Positions 30,682 to 39,962 of a DNA stretch of 64,000 nt are shown piece after piece (position 1 is the first letter of the stretch; each line of letters opens with the position of its first letter). A program made the translations under genes and the position numbers. Source of the stretch: an uncultured Methyloversatilis sp. (GTDB lineage: Bacteria; Pseudomonadota; Gammaproteobacteria; Burkholderiales; Rhodocyclaceae); the NCBI GenBank assembly GCA_964527195.1, contig CAZGOH010000001.1, forward strand, positions 9,505 through 73,504. Reading direction: 5' to 3'. The notes under the pieces are model-generated. The model was not told where the DNA came from and searched no databases. It worked only from the letters and a program-made list of their open reading frames with translations.

Positions 30682-31125
30682 ATGTTCAAGCATATCCTCG
30701 TTCCCACGGACGGTTCCGCGCTGTCCTCCGACGCCGTGGCGCGGGCGGTCAGTTTCGCCCGCGAGTCGGGCGCGCGCATCACTTTCTTCTACGCCAAGCC
30801 CGAGTACCCGGTGGCCTTCTATGGCGAGGGGGCGCTGATCGATCCGACCACGCCGGAGAAGTTCGCGGAAATGGCGGAACAGCAGGCCCGCCAGATTCTC
30901 GACGCGTGCGAACGCCAGGCCCGGGAATCCGGCGTGACGGCAGGTTCGCTGGCGACGGTCAGCGATGTCCCCTGGGAGGCCATCATCGACGGCGCGACGC
31001 AGGCGGGTTGCGACCTGATTTTCATGGCCTCGCACGGCCGGCGCGGGCTTGGCGGCTTGCTGCTCGGATCGGAAACGCAGAAGGTGCTGACCCACTCGAA
31101 GATCCCCGTCCTGGTCTATCGTTGA
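30682..31125 (+). CDS. Universal stress protein
   Basis: FKHILVPTDGS, MASHGRRG, LLGSETQKVL. Confidence 0.95.
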   Translation: MFKHILVPTDGSALSSDAVARAVSFARESGARITFFYAKPEYPVAFYGEGALIDPTTPEKFAEMAEQQARQILDACERQARESGVTAGSLATVSDVPWEAIIDGATQAGCDLIFMASHGRRGLGGLLLGSETQKVLTHSKIPVLVYR

Positions 31126-31132
31126 GGGCGGC

Positions 31133-31272
31133 GATGCTGGGCCGCGCGCCGTCCATCATCCAGGACGAGCGTCGTAGCCTGGCTGCCCTGTTGCAGGGTT
31201 TGCGTTACCGAGTGCGGGACATGCAGGAAAAGGGCGCCGTGGCGCCCGTGGAAATGCGTCGAACGATGCGGC
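31133..31272 (+). pseudogene. Probable truncated hemerythrin-like (HHE) gene fragment
   Basis: SIIQDERRSLAALLQGLRYRVRDM resembles recalled IIxDEHRSLAAVLHGL N-termini, then loses similarity. Confidence 0.45.
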
Positions 31273-31416
31273 TTATTTCCCGTCGTTCTTCGCGTCTTCG
31301 TCCATTTTCTTCGTCACGAAGTGATACATGTAGACGATGAAGATCGTCGCGAAGACGATGGTGAACACGCTCAAGAGACCGATGTCGGAACCGAACAGCA
31401 GTTTCAGTGCATCCAT
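31273..31416 (-). CDS. DUF3149-like small membrane protein (47 aa; below ORF-track cutoff)
   Basis: Hand translation MDALKLLFGSDIGLLSVFTIVFATIFIVYMYHFVTKKMDEDAKNDGK; GGAGA RBS. Confidence 0.8.
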   Translation of the reverse strand: MDALKLLFGSDIGLLSVFTIVFATIFIVYMYHFVTKKMDEDAKNDGK

Positions 31417-31467
31417 GCTTCTTCTCCCCAGGTAAAAAAATCAGCGACAGCAAATCACGGCGGACGA

Positions 31468-32025
31468 TCAGCTGCCAATCATCATTTCGTTGCCTGCGGG
31501 CAGCATGATGCTGCCCACCAGTCGCCAGGTTTTCTCCGCGTCTTCGATCAGCACCAGCCAGTGACCGGGGGCAGGTGACTTGATTTCCCCACCATAGCCA
31601 TCGCCATCGCGCCACAAGCGGACATGCTGGTCAAGACCAATGCGGGCACGTGTCGGGTGCGACAGCGAAAACAACAGCTCGGCCGGCATGGCGATATCAC
31701 TTGCACTCTCCAGCCGCACGCGCACGCTGCCGGCCTGGCCGAAGCTGACCATGGCGCGCAGGCCGGCCGCTTCCGCATGACGGCTGCGGGCGAGTGTTTC
31801 GCCGACCATCTGCCCCTGTTTGTAGTAGTCGTCGGTGACCAGTCCATCGCTGGTGACGACCGCAATCCATGCCGTCACGAGGGCGGCAACGACGACGATG
31901 AACGGCCCTGCCATGAGAAGCCAGGGCCAGGGTTCGCGATACCAGGGCCGGGGAGCGCGTTGCAATGGCGTTGTACCTGCACTCGTATTCATCATCGTCA
32001 TCTCTCTTTTCTCTCTCGGGGTCAT
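31468..32025 (-). CDS. ccoH: FixH/CcoH family protein
   Basis: PWYREPWPWLL, DGLVTDDYYKQG. Confidence 0.9.
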   Translation of the reverse strand: MTPREKREMTMMNTSAGTTPLQRAPRPWYREPWPWLLMAGPFIVVVAALVTAWIAVVTSDGLVTDDYYKQGQMVGETLARSRHAEAAGLRAMVSFGQAGSVRVRLESASDIAMPAELLFSLSHPTRARIGLDQHVRLWRDGDGYGGEIKSPAPGHWLVLIEDAEKTWRLVGSIMLPAGNEMMIGS

Positions 32026-33440
32026 GGCATCAGAAAACTGGCTTTCTCATGGACCGCCATCTTCGCGTTTTGTTCTGCACGCACATCGAAATAGATGGCA
32101 TGCGAGCCCTTCGGCGCCGCGTCGGGTGGAACGCGCACGCCCAGGTTGAAGCTCTTCGTGGTCGCGGGCGGCACCTCGAGCATCGTCTCTCCCTCGATGC
32201 GGATGCCGTCCAGGCCGGTCACCTCGACCGTGTAGCGGTGCGCGTGCTCGGTCACGTTCATCACTTGCAGGCGATAAACGTTCTCGACCTGCCCGGCGAC
32301 TTCGCGGGCCAGCACTGCGCGATCACGGATCACATTCACGCGCAAGTCGGGCTTGTTGGCGATACCCCAGATCAACGCGGCGGTAATGCCGATGAGGATC
32401 AGGGCATAGACGATGATACGTGGCCGCATGACGTGGCCGAGAATTTCCTTGCGCCCCCAATGATGGGCCAGAGCATTTTCGGTCGTGTAACGGATCAGGC
32501 CGCGCGGGTAGTTCATCTTGTCCATCACGGTGTCGCAGGCGTCGATGCAGGCTGCGCAGCCGATGCACTCGTACTGCAAGCCATCGCGGATGTCGATCCC
32601 CGTCGGACACACCTGCACGCAGATACCGCAGTCGACGCAATCGCCCTTGCCCGCGCCGCGCGGATCGACGCCCTTCTTGCGCTGTCCGCGCGGCTCGCCG
32701 CGTTCGGGATCGTAGGTGATCACCAGCGTGTCGGGGTCGAACATGGCGCCCTGAAAGCGGGCGTAAGGGCACATGTAGATGCATACCTGCTCGCGCAGAT
32801 GGCCGGCGAAGGCGTAGGTGAAGGTGCCGTAACAGAAAATCCAGAAGGTTTCCCACGGGCCGAGGTTCCAGCTCCAGAAGGAATCCCAGAGCTCGTGAAT
32901 CGGCGTGAAATAACCAACCAGCGTGAAACCGGTCCACAACGAGAACAGGGCCCACGCGCCATACTTGAGGCTACGCAGACGAATCCTGCGCGCATCGAGC
33001 GGCGCCTTGTCGAGCTTGATGCGCGCGCCGTGATCGCCCTCGATCTTTTCCTCGATCCAGAGGAAGATTTCCGTGTAGACGGTCTGCGGGCAGGCATATC
33101 CGCACCACAGACGTCCGGCGACGGCGGTGAAGAGAAACAGCGCATAGGCGGAAATGATCAGGATGACTGCAAGGAAGAAAACATCCTGAGGCCATAGCAC
33201 CAGGCCGAAGATGTAGAACTTGCGTTCGACCAGGTGAAACAGGACCGCCTGACGGTCATTCCAGGGAATCCAGGGTAGCCCGTAGTAGAGAAGCTGGGTG
33301 GCCCAGACCAGGATCCAGCGCCAGGTGGCGAACACCCCGGTGACCGAGCGCGGGTGAATCTTCTTGCGGGACTTGTAAAGCGAAACGCCTGCCTCTGCTG
33401 TAGCGGGGGCGGCGCCAGGGGTTTGCTCAGGGCTGTTCAT
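32022..33440 (-). CDS. ccoG: Cytochrome c oxidase accessory protein (4Fe-4S)
   Basis: WCGYACPQT, CIYMCPY, CVDCGICVQVCP, CIGCAACIDAC. Confidence 0.96.
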   Translation of the reverse strand: MNSPEQTPGAAPATAEAGVSLYKSRKKIHPRSVTGVFATWRWILVWATQLLYYGLPWIPWNDRQAVLFHLVERKFYIFGLVLWPQDVFFLAVILIISAYALFLFTAVAGRLWCGYACPQTVYTEIFLWIEEKIEGDHGARIKLDKAPLDARRIRLRSLKYGAWALFSLWTGFTLVGYFTPIHELWDSFWSWNLGPWETFWIFCYGTFTYAFAGHLREQVCIYMCPYARFQGAMFDPDTLVITYDPERGEPRGQRKKGVDPRGAGKGDCVDCGICVQVCPTGIDIRDGLQYECIGCAACIDACDTVMDKMNYPRGLIRYTTENALAHHWGRKEILGHVMRPRIIVYALILIGITAALIWGIANKPDLRVNVIRDRAVLAREVAGQVENVYRLQVMNVTEHAHRYTVEVTGLDGIRIEGETMLEVPPATTKSFNLGVRVPPDAAPKGSHAIYFDVRAEQNAKMAVHEKASFLMP

Positions 33441-33569
33441 TTCGGGCGGGTGACGAGGTCAACGAGGGTTGCGATGGCGGTTCCGGATTCTAAATCCCGC
33501 GTACAGTCCCCCGATGCTGCCGCATGCCTGCCTTTTCATCGCGACGCGATGGCCCCCGGCAGGCTTTTG

Positions 33570-33601
33570 AAAACACCGCCCGGGGTTTTCTCCGGGCGGT
33601 G
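33570..33601 (-). terminator. Rho-independent terminator after ccoP
   Basis: 10-bp stem caccgcccgg/ccgggcggtg followed by TTTT on the minus strand. Confidence 0.65.
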
Positions 33602-33612
33602 GTCCTTCTCGA

Positions 33613-34614
33613 TCAGTTTTTCTTTTCTTCGGCGCTTGCTTCAGCGGGCGCTTCGGCTGCCGGAGCGGCCGCCACGGCAGCCGCGGGCGCTTCGGGCTTC
33701 ACGCCGCCGCCCAAGCCCCAGACGTAGGCTGTGAGCAGGTGAACCTTGGCTTCGCCGAGGAAAACGTCGAACGCCGGCATCTGGTTCTGGATGCCGTTGG
33801 TGACGATCTCGATCATCTTGGCCTCGGAGGAGCCATGCAGCCAGTCAGCGTCGGTCAGGTCGGGATAGCCGGCAGCCTGCATACCCTTGCCCGCGGGACC
33901 GTGACAGGCCAGACAGGCGGCCGGATACAACTCGGCGCCGCGCTGGGCGCGGATCGAGTCATGGGTCAGACCCGACAGCGAACGAACGTAATGCACCACG
34001 TCGCGTACCTGTTCGGCATCCATGTCAGGCTTGGTGCCCTTGGGCGTCATCACCCCCATGCGGCCGGCGGCGATGCTCTGCTTGATCTGGTCGGGCGTGC
34101 CGCCCCACAACCAGTTGCCGTCCTTGAGGTTCGGGAAACTGATCGCACCGCCGGCGTCACCGCCGTGGCACTGCGAGCAGTAGGTCTGGAACAGACGGCC
34201 GCCCATGTCGCGCGCTTCCTGGTTGGCCGCGACAGTCATCACGTCCTGCTGCAGGTAGCGGTTGAAGATGGGACCGTACTTCTGCTCGGCCGCCGCCATT
34301 TCGGCGTCGTACTGGCTGCGCGCGGTCCAGTTGAAGCTGCCCGCCATGTTACCCAGGCCCGGATAGAGCGCCAGGTAAATCAGAGCGAACGCCACGGTGA
34401 TGTAGAACATCCAGCGCCACCAGTTTGGCAACGGATTGCTGTACTCCTGCAGATCCTCGTCCCAGACGTGGCCGGTGACCTCGCCGGCCTTGACTTTCGC
34501 GGCGCCCTGTATCCACAGGAACACCGCACAGCCGATGATGCTGACGAGGGAAATCACGATGACGTAGAGGTTCCAGAAACCGCTGACGAAATCGCTCGTA
34601 TTGTTGAAATCCAT
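33613..34614 (-). CDS. ccoP: cbb3 oxidase subunit III
   Basis: NPLPNWW; CSQCH and CLACH heme c motifs. Confidence 0.96.
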   Translation of the reverse strand: MDFNNTSDFVSGFWNLYVIVISLVSIIGCAVFLWIQGAAKVKAGEVTGHVWDEDLQEYSNPLPNWWRWMFYITVAFALIYLALYPGLGNMAGSFNWTARSQYDAEMAAAEQKYGPIFNRYLQQDVMTVAANQEARDMGGRLFQTYCSQCHGGDAGGAISFPNLKDGNWLWGGTPDQIKQSIAAGRMGVMTPKGTKPDMDAEQVRDVVHYVRSLSGLTHDSIRAQRGAELYPAACLACHGPAGKGMQAAGYPDLTDADWLHGSSEAKMIEIVTNGIQNQMPAFDVFLGEAKVHLLTAYVWGLGGGVKPEAPAAAVAAAPAAEAPAEASAEEKKN

Positions 34615-34637
34615 GACGAATTCCTTTCAGTTAAGCA

Positions 34638-34808
34638 CTATTGGCCGGCGCGCCCGCCCCGACCCGCTGCATCGTCTTCGTCGAACACCGAGTTGGCGGC
34701 GTCGTCGAAGGAACGCTTGCGTTTCGAGGAGTAGGCCCACCACACGATGCCGATGAACGCGAGGAACAGCAGGACCGTAAAGAGGGCGCGCAGGTCGTTG
34801 ATATCCAT
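34638..34808 (-). CDS. ccoQ: cbb3 oxidase subunit IV (56 aa; not in ORF track)
   Basis: Hand translation MDINDLRALFTVLLFLAFIGIVWWAYSSKRKRSFDDAA. Confidence 0.92.
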   Translation of the reverse strand: MDINDLRALFTVLLFLAFIGIVWWAYSSKRKRSFDDAANSVFDEDDAAGRGGRAGQ

Positions 34809-34814
34809 GCGGGC

Positions 34815-35429
34815 TCAGCGGTTCTGCTTGAGTGCCTGGCCGAGGCCCTGCAGATAGGCGACCACGGCATCCAGTTCGGTCTTGTCCTTGAGCATTGCAG
34901 GCGCGGCGGCGATCTCCTCGTCCGAATACTTGTGCAAACCGACCTTGTTCAGGGCAGCCATCTTCCCGCTGATGTGCGGCTCCTTGAGCGGACGGTCCAG
35001 CCACGGATAGGCCGGCATGTTCGACTCGGGAACCACGTCGCGCGGATTCAGCAGGTGAATCTTGTGCCACTGATCGGAGTAGCGGCCGCCGACGCGGTGG
35101 AGATCCGGACCGGTACGCTTGGAGCCCCACTGGAAGGGGTGGTCATAGACGAACTCGCCCGCCACCGAGTAGTGGCCATAGCGCTCGGTCTCGGCGCGGA
35201 AGGGACGGATCATCTGCGAGTGGCAGCTGTAGCAGCCTTCGCGGATGTAGATGTCCCGACCGGCGAGTTGCAGCGCGTTGTAGGGCTTCACCAGCTCATT
35301 GACCGGCGTGGTGGTGGATTTCTGGAAGAACAGCGGCACGATTTCCACCAGGCCGCCCCAGAGCAGCACCAGCGTCGTCATGACGATCAGCAGGGTGTTG
35401 CTGGTTTCGATTTTCTCATGCTTCAACAT
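34815..35429 (-). CDS. ccoO: cbb3 oxidase subunit II
   Basis: [24 protein letters not shown]. Confidence 0.97.
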   Translation of the reverse strand: MLKHEKIETSNTLLIVMTTLVLLWGGLVEIVPLFFQKSTTTPVNELVKPYNALQLAGRDIYIREGCYSCHSQMIRPFRAETERYGHYSVAGEFVYDHPFQWGSKRTGPDLHRVGGRYSDQWHKIHLLNPRDVVPESNMPAYPWLDRPLKEPHISGKMAALNKVGLHKYSDEEIAAAPAMLKDKTELDAVVAYLQGLGQALKQNR

Positions 35430-35450
35430 GATGTCTTGTCTCCCTTGCGA

Positions 35451-36890
35451 TCAGTGCGCGTGAGCGGGTTCAAGGACCTTGGCATCATCGACCGCGCGAC
35501 CGGCAGAGATGGTCTTGAACATGTTGTAGGCCATGATCAGCATGCCGACGAGGAACAGCAGGCCGCCGACCACGCGGATCGTCCAGTACGGATACGAAGC
35601 CTTGACCGATTCGACGAAGGCGTAGGTGAGCGTGCCGTCGGCGTTGGTGGCGCGCCACATCAGGCCCTGCATCACGCCGGAAATCCACAGCGCGGCGATG
35701 TACAGCACGGTGCCGAGCGTGGCCAGCCAGAAATGCACGTTGATCAGCTTGACCGAGTACATCTCGGGCTTGCCGAACAGGCGCGGCAGCAGGTAGTAGA
35801 TCGAGCCGATCGAGATCATCGCCACCCAGCCGAGCGCGCCGGAGTGCACATGGCCGACCGTCCAGTCGGTGTAGTGCGACAACGCATTCACGGTCTTGAT
35901 CGACATCATCGGGCCTTCGAAGGTCGACATGCCGTAGAAGGAAAGCGAGACGATCATGAACTTCAGGATCGGGTCGTCGCGCAGTTTGTGCCAGGCGCCC
36001 TGCAGGGTCATGATGCCGTTGATCATGCCGCCCCAGGAGGGTGCCAGCAGAAGCAGCGAGAACAGCATGCCGAGCGACTGGGTCCAGTCGGGCAGCGCGG
36101 TGTAGTGCAGGTGGTGCGGGCCGGCCCACATATAGGTGAAGATCAGCGCCCAGAAGTGCACCACCGACAGGCGGTAGGAATACACCGGGCGACCGGCCTG
36201 CTTGGGCACGAAGTAGTACATCATGCCGAGGAAGGCGGCGGTGAGGAAGAAGCCGACGGCGTTGTGGCCGTACCACCACTGGATCATCGCGTCCTGCACG
36301 CCGGCGTAGGCGGAGTAGGACTTCGGCGTCAGGATGCCGGCTTCGAAGACCGGGATCGCGGCGCTGTTGAAGATGTGCAGCAGGGCGACGGCGATGATGA
36401 AGGCGCCGAAGAACCAGTTGGCCACGTAGATGTGCGGGGTCTTGCGGATGCCGACGGTGCCGAAGAACACCACGGCGTACGCGACCCAGATCACGGTGAT
36501 CAGGAGATCGACCGGCCACTCGAGTTCGGCGTACTCCTTGCCGCTGGTGATACCGAGCGGCAGCGAGAGGGCGGCCAGCACGATGACGAGTTGCCAGGCC
36601 CAGAAAATGAAGGTGGCCAGGCCGGGCATGAACAGCGGCGTGTGGCAGGTTCGCTGCACGATGTAGAACGAGGTGGCGAACAGCGCGCAGCCGCCGAACG
36701 CGAAGATCACCGCGTTGGTGTGCAGCGGACGCAGCCGCCCGTAGCTCAGGAACTCATGTACGTTCAGTTCTGGCCAGACCAGCTGGGCGGCAATGATGAC
36801 GCCGACCAGCATGCCGACGATGCCCCAGATAACGGTCATCACGGCGAACTGGCGCACGACTTTGTAGTTGTAAGTCGCTTGCGATTGCAT
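35451..36890 (-). CDS. ccoN: cbb3 oxidase subunit I
   Basis: [34 protein letters not shown]; alternative GTG start at 36902. Confidence 0.97.
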   Translation of the reverse strand: MQSQATYNYKVVRQFAVMTVIWGIVGMLVGVIIAAQLVWPELNVHEFLSYGRLRPLHTNAVIFAFGGCALFATSFYIVQRTCHTPLFMPGLATFIFWAWQLVIVLAALSLPLGITSGKEYAELEWPVDLLITVIWVAYAVVFFGTVGIRKTPHIYVANWFFGAFIIAVALLHIFNSAAIPVFEAGILTPKSYSAYAGVQDAMIQWWYGHNAVGFFLTAAFLGMMYYFVPKQAGRPVYSYRLSVVHFWALIFTYMWAGPHHLHYTALPDWTQSLGMLFSLLLLAPSWGGMINGIMTLQGAWHKLRDDPILKFMIVSLSFYGMSTFEGPMMSIKTVNALSHYTDWTVGHVHSGALGWVAMISIGSIYYLLPRLFGKPEMYSVKLINVHFWLATLGTVLYIAALWISGVMQGLMWRATNADGTLTYAFVESVKASYPYWTIRVVGGLLFLVGMLIMAYNMFKTISAGRAVDDAKVLEPAHAH

Positions 36891-36967
36891 GATGGTTTTC
36901 ACCCCTCTTGATTAAGAAACACGAACCAGATCCCTCTCTCCCGAGAACACGGAGAGACCGACGAATC

Positions 36968-37008
36968 AGGATACCGAACCCCAGGGCCGGTATTTTGACC
37001 CAGGTCAA
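36968..37008 (-). promoter_or_regulatory. FNR-dependent ccoNOQP promoter
   Basis: TTGAC-N4-GTCAA at 36995-37008, 21 nt upstream of a -10-like TATCCT. Confidence 0.75.
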
Positions 37009-37110
37009 CTCTGGTGCACTGCGTAAGAATTTATCGATGCATCAGTTAAATTGATTAACGCCGCATCCTTTCTCTCCTTGCGCCTGCGGCGTATCGCGCA
37101 CGCAGGCACG

Positions 37111-37139
37111 AAAAAAAGGGTGCGCCTCGCGACGCACCC
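37111..37139 (-). terminator. Rho-independent terminator between ccoS and ccoN
   Basis: GGGTGCG-N8-CGCACCC followed by T7 on the minus strand. Confidence 0.75.
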
Positions 37140-37203
37140 CCAACCCCAACAGAGAGACTTCCGACGATGCCCGCACCCCAAGCGCGGGATGCGGGCATCC
37201 ATG
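37111..37203 (-). ncRNA. Candidate FNR-activated small RNA (~90 nt)
   Basis: FNR box plus -10 upstream, 10-bp 5' hairpin, single-stranded middle, intrinsic terminator. Confidence 0.5.
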
Positions 37204-37209
37204 GGCGGC

Positions 37210-37251
37210 AGAATAGAAGCTTCCGTGGGGCATGGCTTTGATCTGAGTCAA
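37210..37251 (-). promoter_or_regulatory. FNR-type promoter overlapping the ccoS stop codon
   Basis: TTGAC-TCAG-ATCAA at 37238-37251, 22 nt upstream of TATTCT. Confidence 0.7.
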
Positions 37252-37451
37252 ATATCGTCTCGCCCCGTGCCGGGGCCGGGCGTCTCATCCCGCTCTTTTT
37301 TCTCGGTGGCGCGGTCGTCATCCATCAGGATGCGATAGCCCGGGCCTTCCAGGTCGTCCATCTGGCCGCTCCTGAGGGCACGCCAAAATACGATGCCAAT
37401 GGCAAGCACCAGCAGCACCGAGATGGGAATCAGCAGGTAAAGGCTCTCCAT
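37248..37451 (-). CDS. ccoS: cbb3 oxidase maturation protein
   Basis: MESLYLLIPIS...SGQMDDLEGPGYRILMDD. Confidence 0.95.
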   Translation of the reverse strand: MESLYLLIPISVLLVLAIGIVFWRALRSGQMDDLEGPGYRILMDDDRATEKKERDETPGPGTGRDDI

Positions 37452-37454
37452 GGC

Positions 37455-39893
37455 TCAGTTCGACCGTTGCAGACGCAGGGCGTTCAGTACCACCAGCAGC
37501 GAACTGCCCGCCATGCCGATGCCCGCCATCCAGGGGGTCACCCAGCCGATCATGGCCAGGGGGATCGCCGTCACGTTGTAGGTGAATGCCCACAGAAGAT
37601 TCTGGCGCATGATGCGCAGGGTCTGGCGCGCGATGCGCGCGCCGTCGGCGAGGTGCTGGAGATCGTCCGACAACAGCACGACGTCGGCCTGGCTGCGGGC
37701 GAGGTCGGTGCCGCCGCCCATTGCCACCGAGACATGGGCCTGGGCGAGCACGGGCGCGTCGTTCACGCCGTCGCCGACCATTGCGACGGTGGCGCCGCGC
37801 GATTGCATCTCATGCAGCCAGGCGTGTTTTTCCTCGGGCGCCATGCCGCCGCGGTGTTCGGCGATGCCAAGCTCCGTCGCCACGGCTGCCACGGTACGCG
37901 GCGCGTCGCCCGACAGGATCGCCAGGCGCACGCCGCGCGCGCGCAGGGCGGCCAGCGCCGTTTTCGCCTCGGGGCGCAGGGCATCGGCGATGCGAAACCA
38001 CGCCAGCCAGCCGGTCGCGTCGCCCAGGGCCACCACCGTGTCGCCGGCGTCGAGCCAGTCGGCCATGGCATCGGGTACCGGTTGACCATGCAGCGCGGCG
38101 ACGAAGGCGGGCACGCCGATGCGCAGCGTGCCGCGCGTGGCGGAGAGCGCCTCGATACCCTGGCCGGTCACGGCGCGCAATCCGGAGAGCGTCGCCGTCT
38201 CGCCGGGGCCGACTTTGCGTAGCAGGGCTTGTCCGACAGGATGTTCCGAGGCCTGTTCGAGCGCGCGCACCAGCGCAGCGACATCGGCGGCGGCGCGGTC
38301 GGCGACCACGCGTTCATCGACGATCGTCGGCCGGCCGACGGTCAAGGTGCCCGTCTTGTCGAACACCCAGGTGTCCGCGCGCGCCAGCGTCTCGATGGCA
38401 TGGCCGCGCGTTACCAGCACGCCGGTCCTCGCGAGCGAACCGGTCGCCACGGTCAGTGCCGTCGGTGCCGCCAGCGACAACGCGCAGGGGCAACTCACCA
38501 CCAGCACCGCCACGGTGATCCACAAGGCCTGTGCCGGATCGACGTTGATCCAGTAAATCGCCGTCGATGTCGCCAGCGCCAGCAGCACCCAGATGAAGCG
38601 CACGGCGATGCGATCAGCCATCTGCACGATATTGGGACGTTCGGCCGAAGCCTGCTCCATCAGCCGGCGGATCGAGGCCAGCCGCGTCGATTCGCCGACC
38701 TTCGTCAGCCGGAGCACCAGCGGGCTGGCGACATTGACGCTGCCGCCGGTCACCGTGTCGCCAGCGGCCTTGGGGACGGGGCGGCTTTCGCCGGTCAGGA
38801 GCGATTCGTCGCAACTGCTCGCGCCGTCGAGAACCTCGCCGTCGCCGGGAATCGTTTCTCCCGGCTTGACGCGCACCACGTCGTCGATTGTCAGGTCGAC
38901 CACGGCGACCCGCTCGCCCGTGGTATCCGGCCAGGCCGGCAGACGCTCGGCGAAGGCCGGCATGGCGCGCGCCAGCGCCTCGACGCCGCGCGCCGCCTTC
39001 TGGCGTGCCATCATTTCCAGATAGCGGCCGGAGAGCAGGAAGAAGACGAACATCGTCACCGAGTCGAAATACACCTCGCCCGAGGCGATCAGCGTCGCCC
39101 ACACGCTGGCGAGAAAGGCGCTGCCCATGCCGAGCGCCACCGGCACGTCCATGCCGACGCGGCGCATCTTCAGGTCGCGCCAGGCGTTCGTGAAGAACGG
39201 CGCCGAGGAATAGAACATCACGGGGACCGTCAGCACCAGGCTGGCCCAGCGCATCAGTTGCTCGATGTCCGGCGTCATGTCGCCTTCGGCCATGTACACG
39301 GGGATGGCGTACATCATCACCTGCATCATGCCGAAGCCGGCGACGAACAGCCGCCACTGCGCGGTGCGCCGCTCTTTCTTCGCCAGATCCTCGGAGCGCG
39401 CCGCATCGTAGGGGTGGGCGCGGTAGCCGATGGACTGGATCGCGTCGAGCAGGGCCGACAGCCGGGTCACGTTCTCGTCCCAGCGCACGCGCGCGCGGCG
39501 GGTGGAGTAATTGATATCCACGGCCGTCACGCCGGGCTGCTTCGCCAGATGTGCCTCGTTGAGCCAGACGCAGGCCGCGCAGGTGATCCCCTCGAGAATC
39601 AGCGCCGCCTCGCGCTCATGCTCGCCGACCGGGCGGACGAAGTTCTTCTGCACCTCGGGGTGGTCGAACAGCCCGAGTTCCTGAAGTTCGACGGGCATCG
39701 CGGCGCGCGGCGATTCCGGCATGGCGTCGCGGTGCTTGTAGTAATCCGTCAGGCCGTTGGCGATGATCGCCTCGGCCACCGCCTCGCAGCCAGCGCAGCA
39801 CAGGGTGCGCGCCTCGCCCTCGATCGCGACGTGGAAATCGGCGTCGTGCGGAACCGGCAGGCCGCAGTGGTAACAGGTCTCGGCAGCGCTCAA
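37455..39893 (-). CDS. ccoI: Cu-translocating P1B ATPase (FixI/CcoI)
   Basis: CYHC/CCAGC N-terminus, CAAC, CPCALSL, DKTGT, GDGVND. Confidence 0.93.
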   Translation of the reverse strand: MSAAETCYHCGLPVPHDADFHVAIEGEARTLCCAGCEAVAEAIIANGLTDYYKHRDAMPESPRAAMPVELQELGLFDHPEVQKNFVRPVGEHEREAALILEGITCAACVWLNEAHLAKQPGVTAVDINYSTRRARVRWDENVTRLSALLDAIQSIGYRAHPYDAARSEDLAKKERRTAQWRLFVAGFGMMQVMMYAIPVYMAEGDMTPDIEQLMRWASLVLTVPVMFYSSAPFFTNAWRDLKMRRVGMDVPVALGMGSAFLASVWATLIASGEVYFDSVTMFVFFLLSGRYLEMMARQKAARGVEALARAMPAFAERLPAWPDTTGERVAVVDLTIDDVVRVKPGETIPGDGEVLDGASSCDESLLTGESRPVPKAAGDTVTGGSVNVASPLVLRLTKVGESTRLASIRRLMEQASAERPNIVQMADRIAVRFIWVLLALATSTAIYWINVDPAQALWITVAVLVVSCPCALSLAAPTALTVATGSLARTGVLVTRGHAIETLARADTWVFDKTGTLTVGRPTIVDERVVADRAAADVAALVRALEQASEHPVGQALLRKVGPGETATLSGLRAVTGQGIEALSATRGTLRIGVPAFVAALHGQPVPDAMADWLDAGDTVVALGDATGWLAWFRIADALRPEAKTALAALRARGVRLAILSGDAPRTVAAVATELGIAEHRGGMAPEEKHAWLHEMQSRGATVAMVGDGVNDAPVLAQAHVSVAMGGGTDLARSQADVVLLSDDLQHLADGARIARQTLRIMRQNLLWAFTYNVTAIPLAMIGWVTPWMAGIGMAGSSLLVVLNALRLQRSN
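38193..38216 (-). repeat. 24-bp motif copy (ccoI, KVGPGETA)
   Basis: aaagtcggccccggcgagacggcg. Confidence 0.85.
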
Positions 39894-39962
39894 GTCAATA
39901 CGTGCAATGGGTGAATGGGCTGCGAATTCTACCTGCCGGCCGAAAGTCGCCGACCTGAGCGC

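Noticed and set aside
37005-37202. 65-aa ORF upstream of ccoN
   Set aside because: It has no SD, crosses an intrinsic terminator and has atypical composition; an sRNA explains the region better, though a leader peptide is not excluded.
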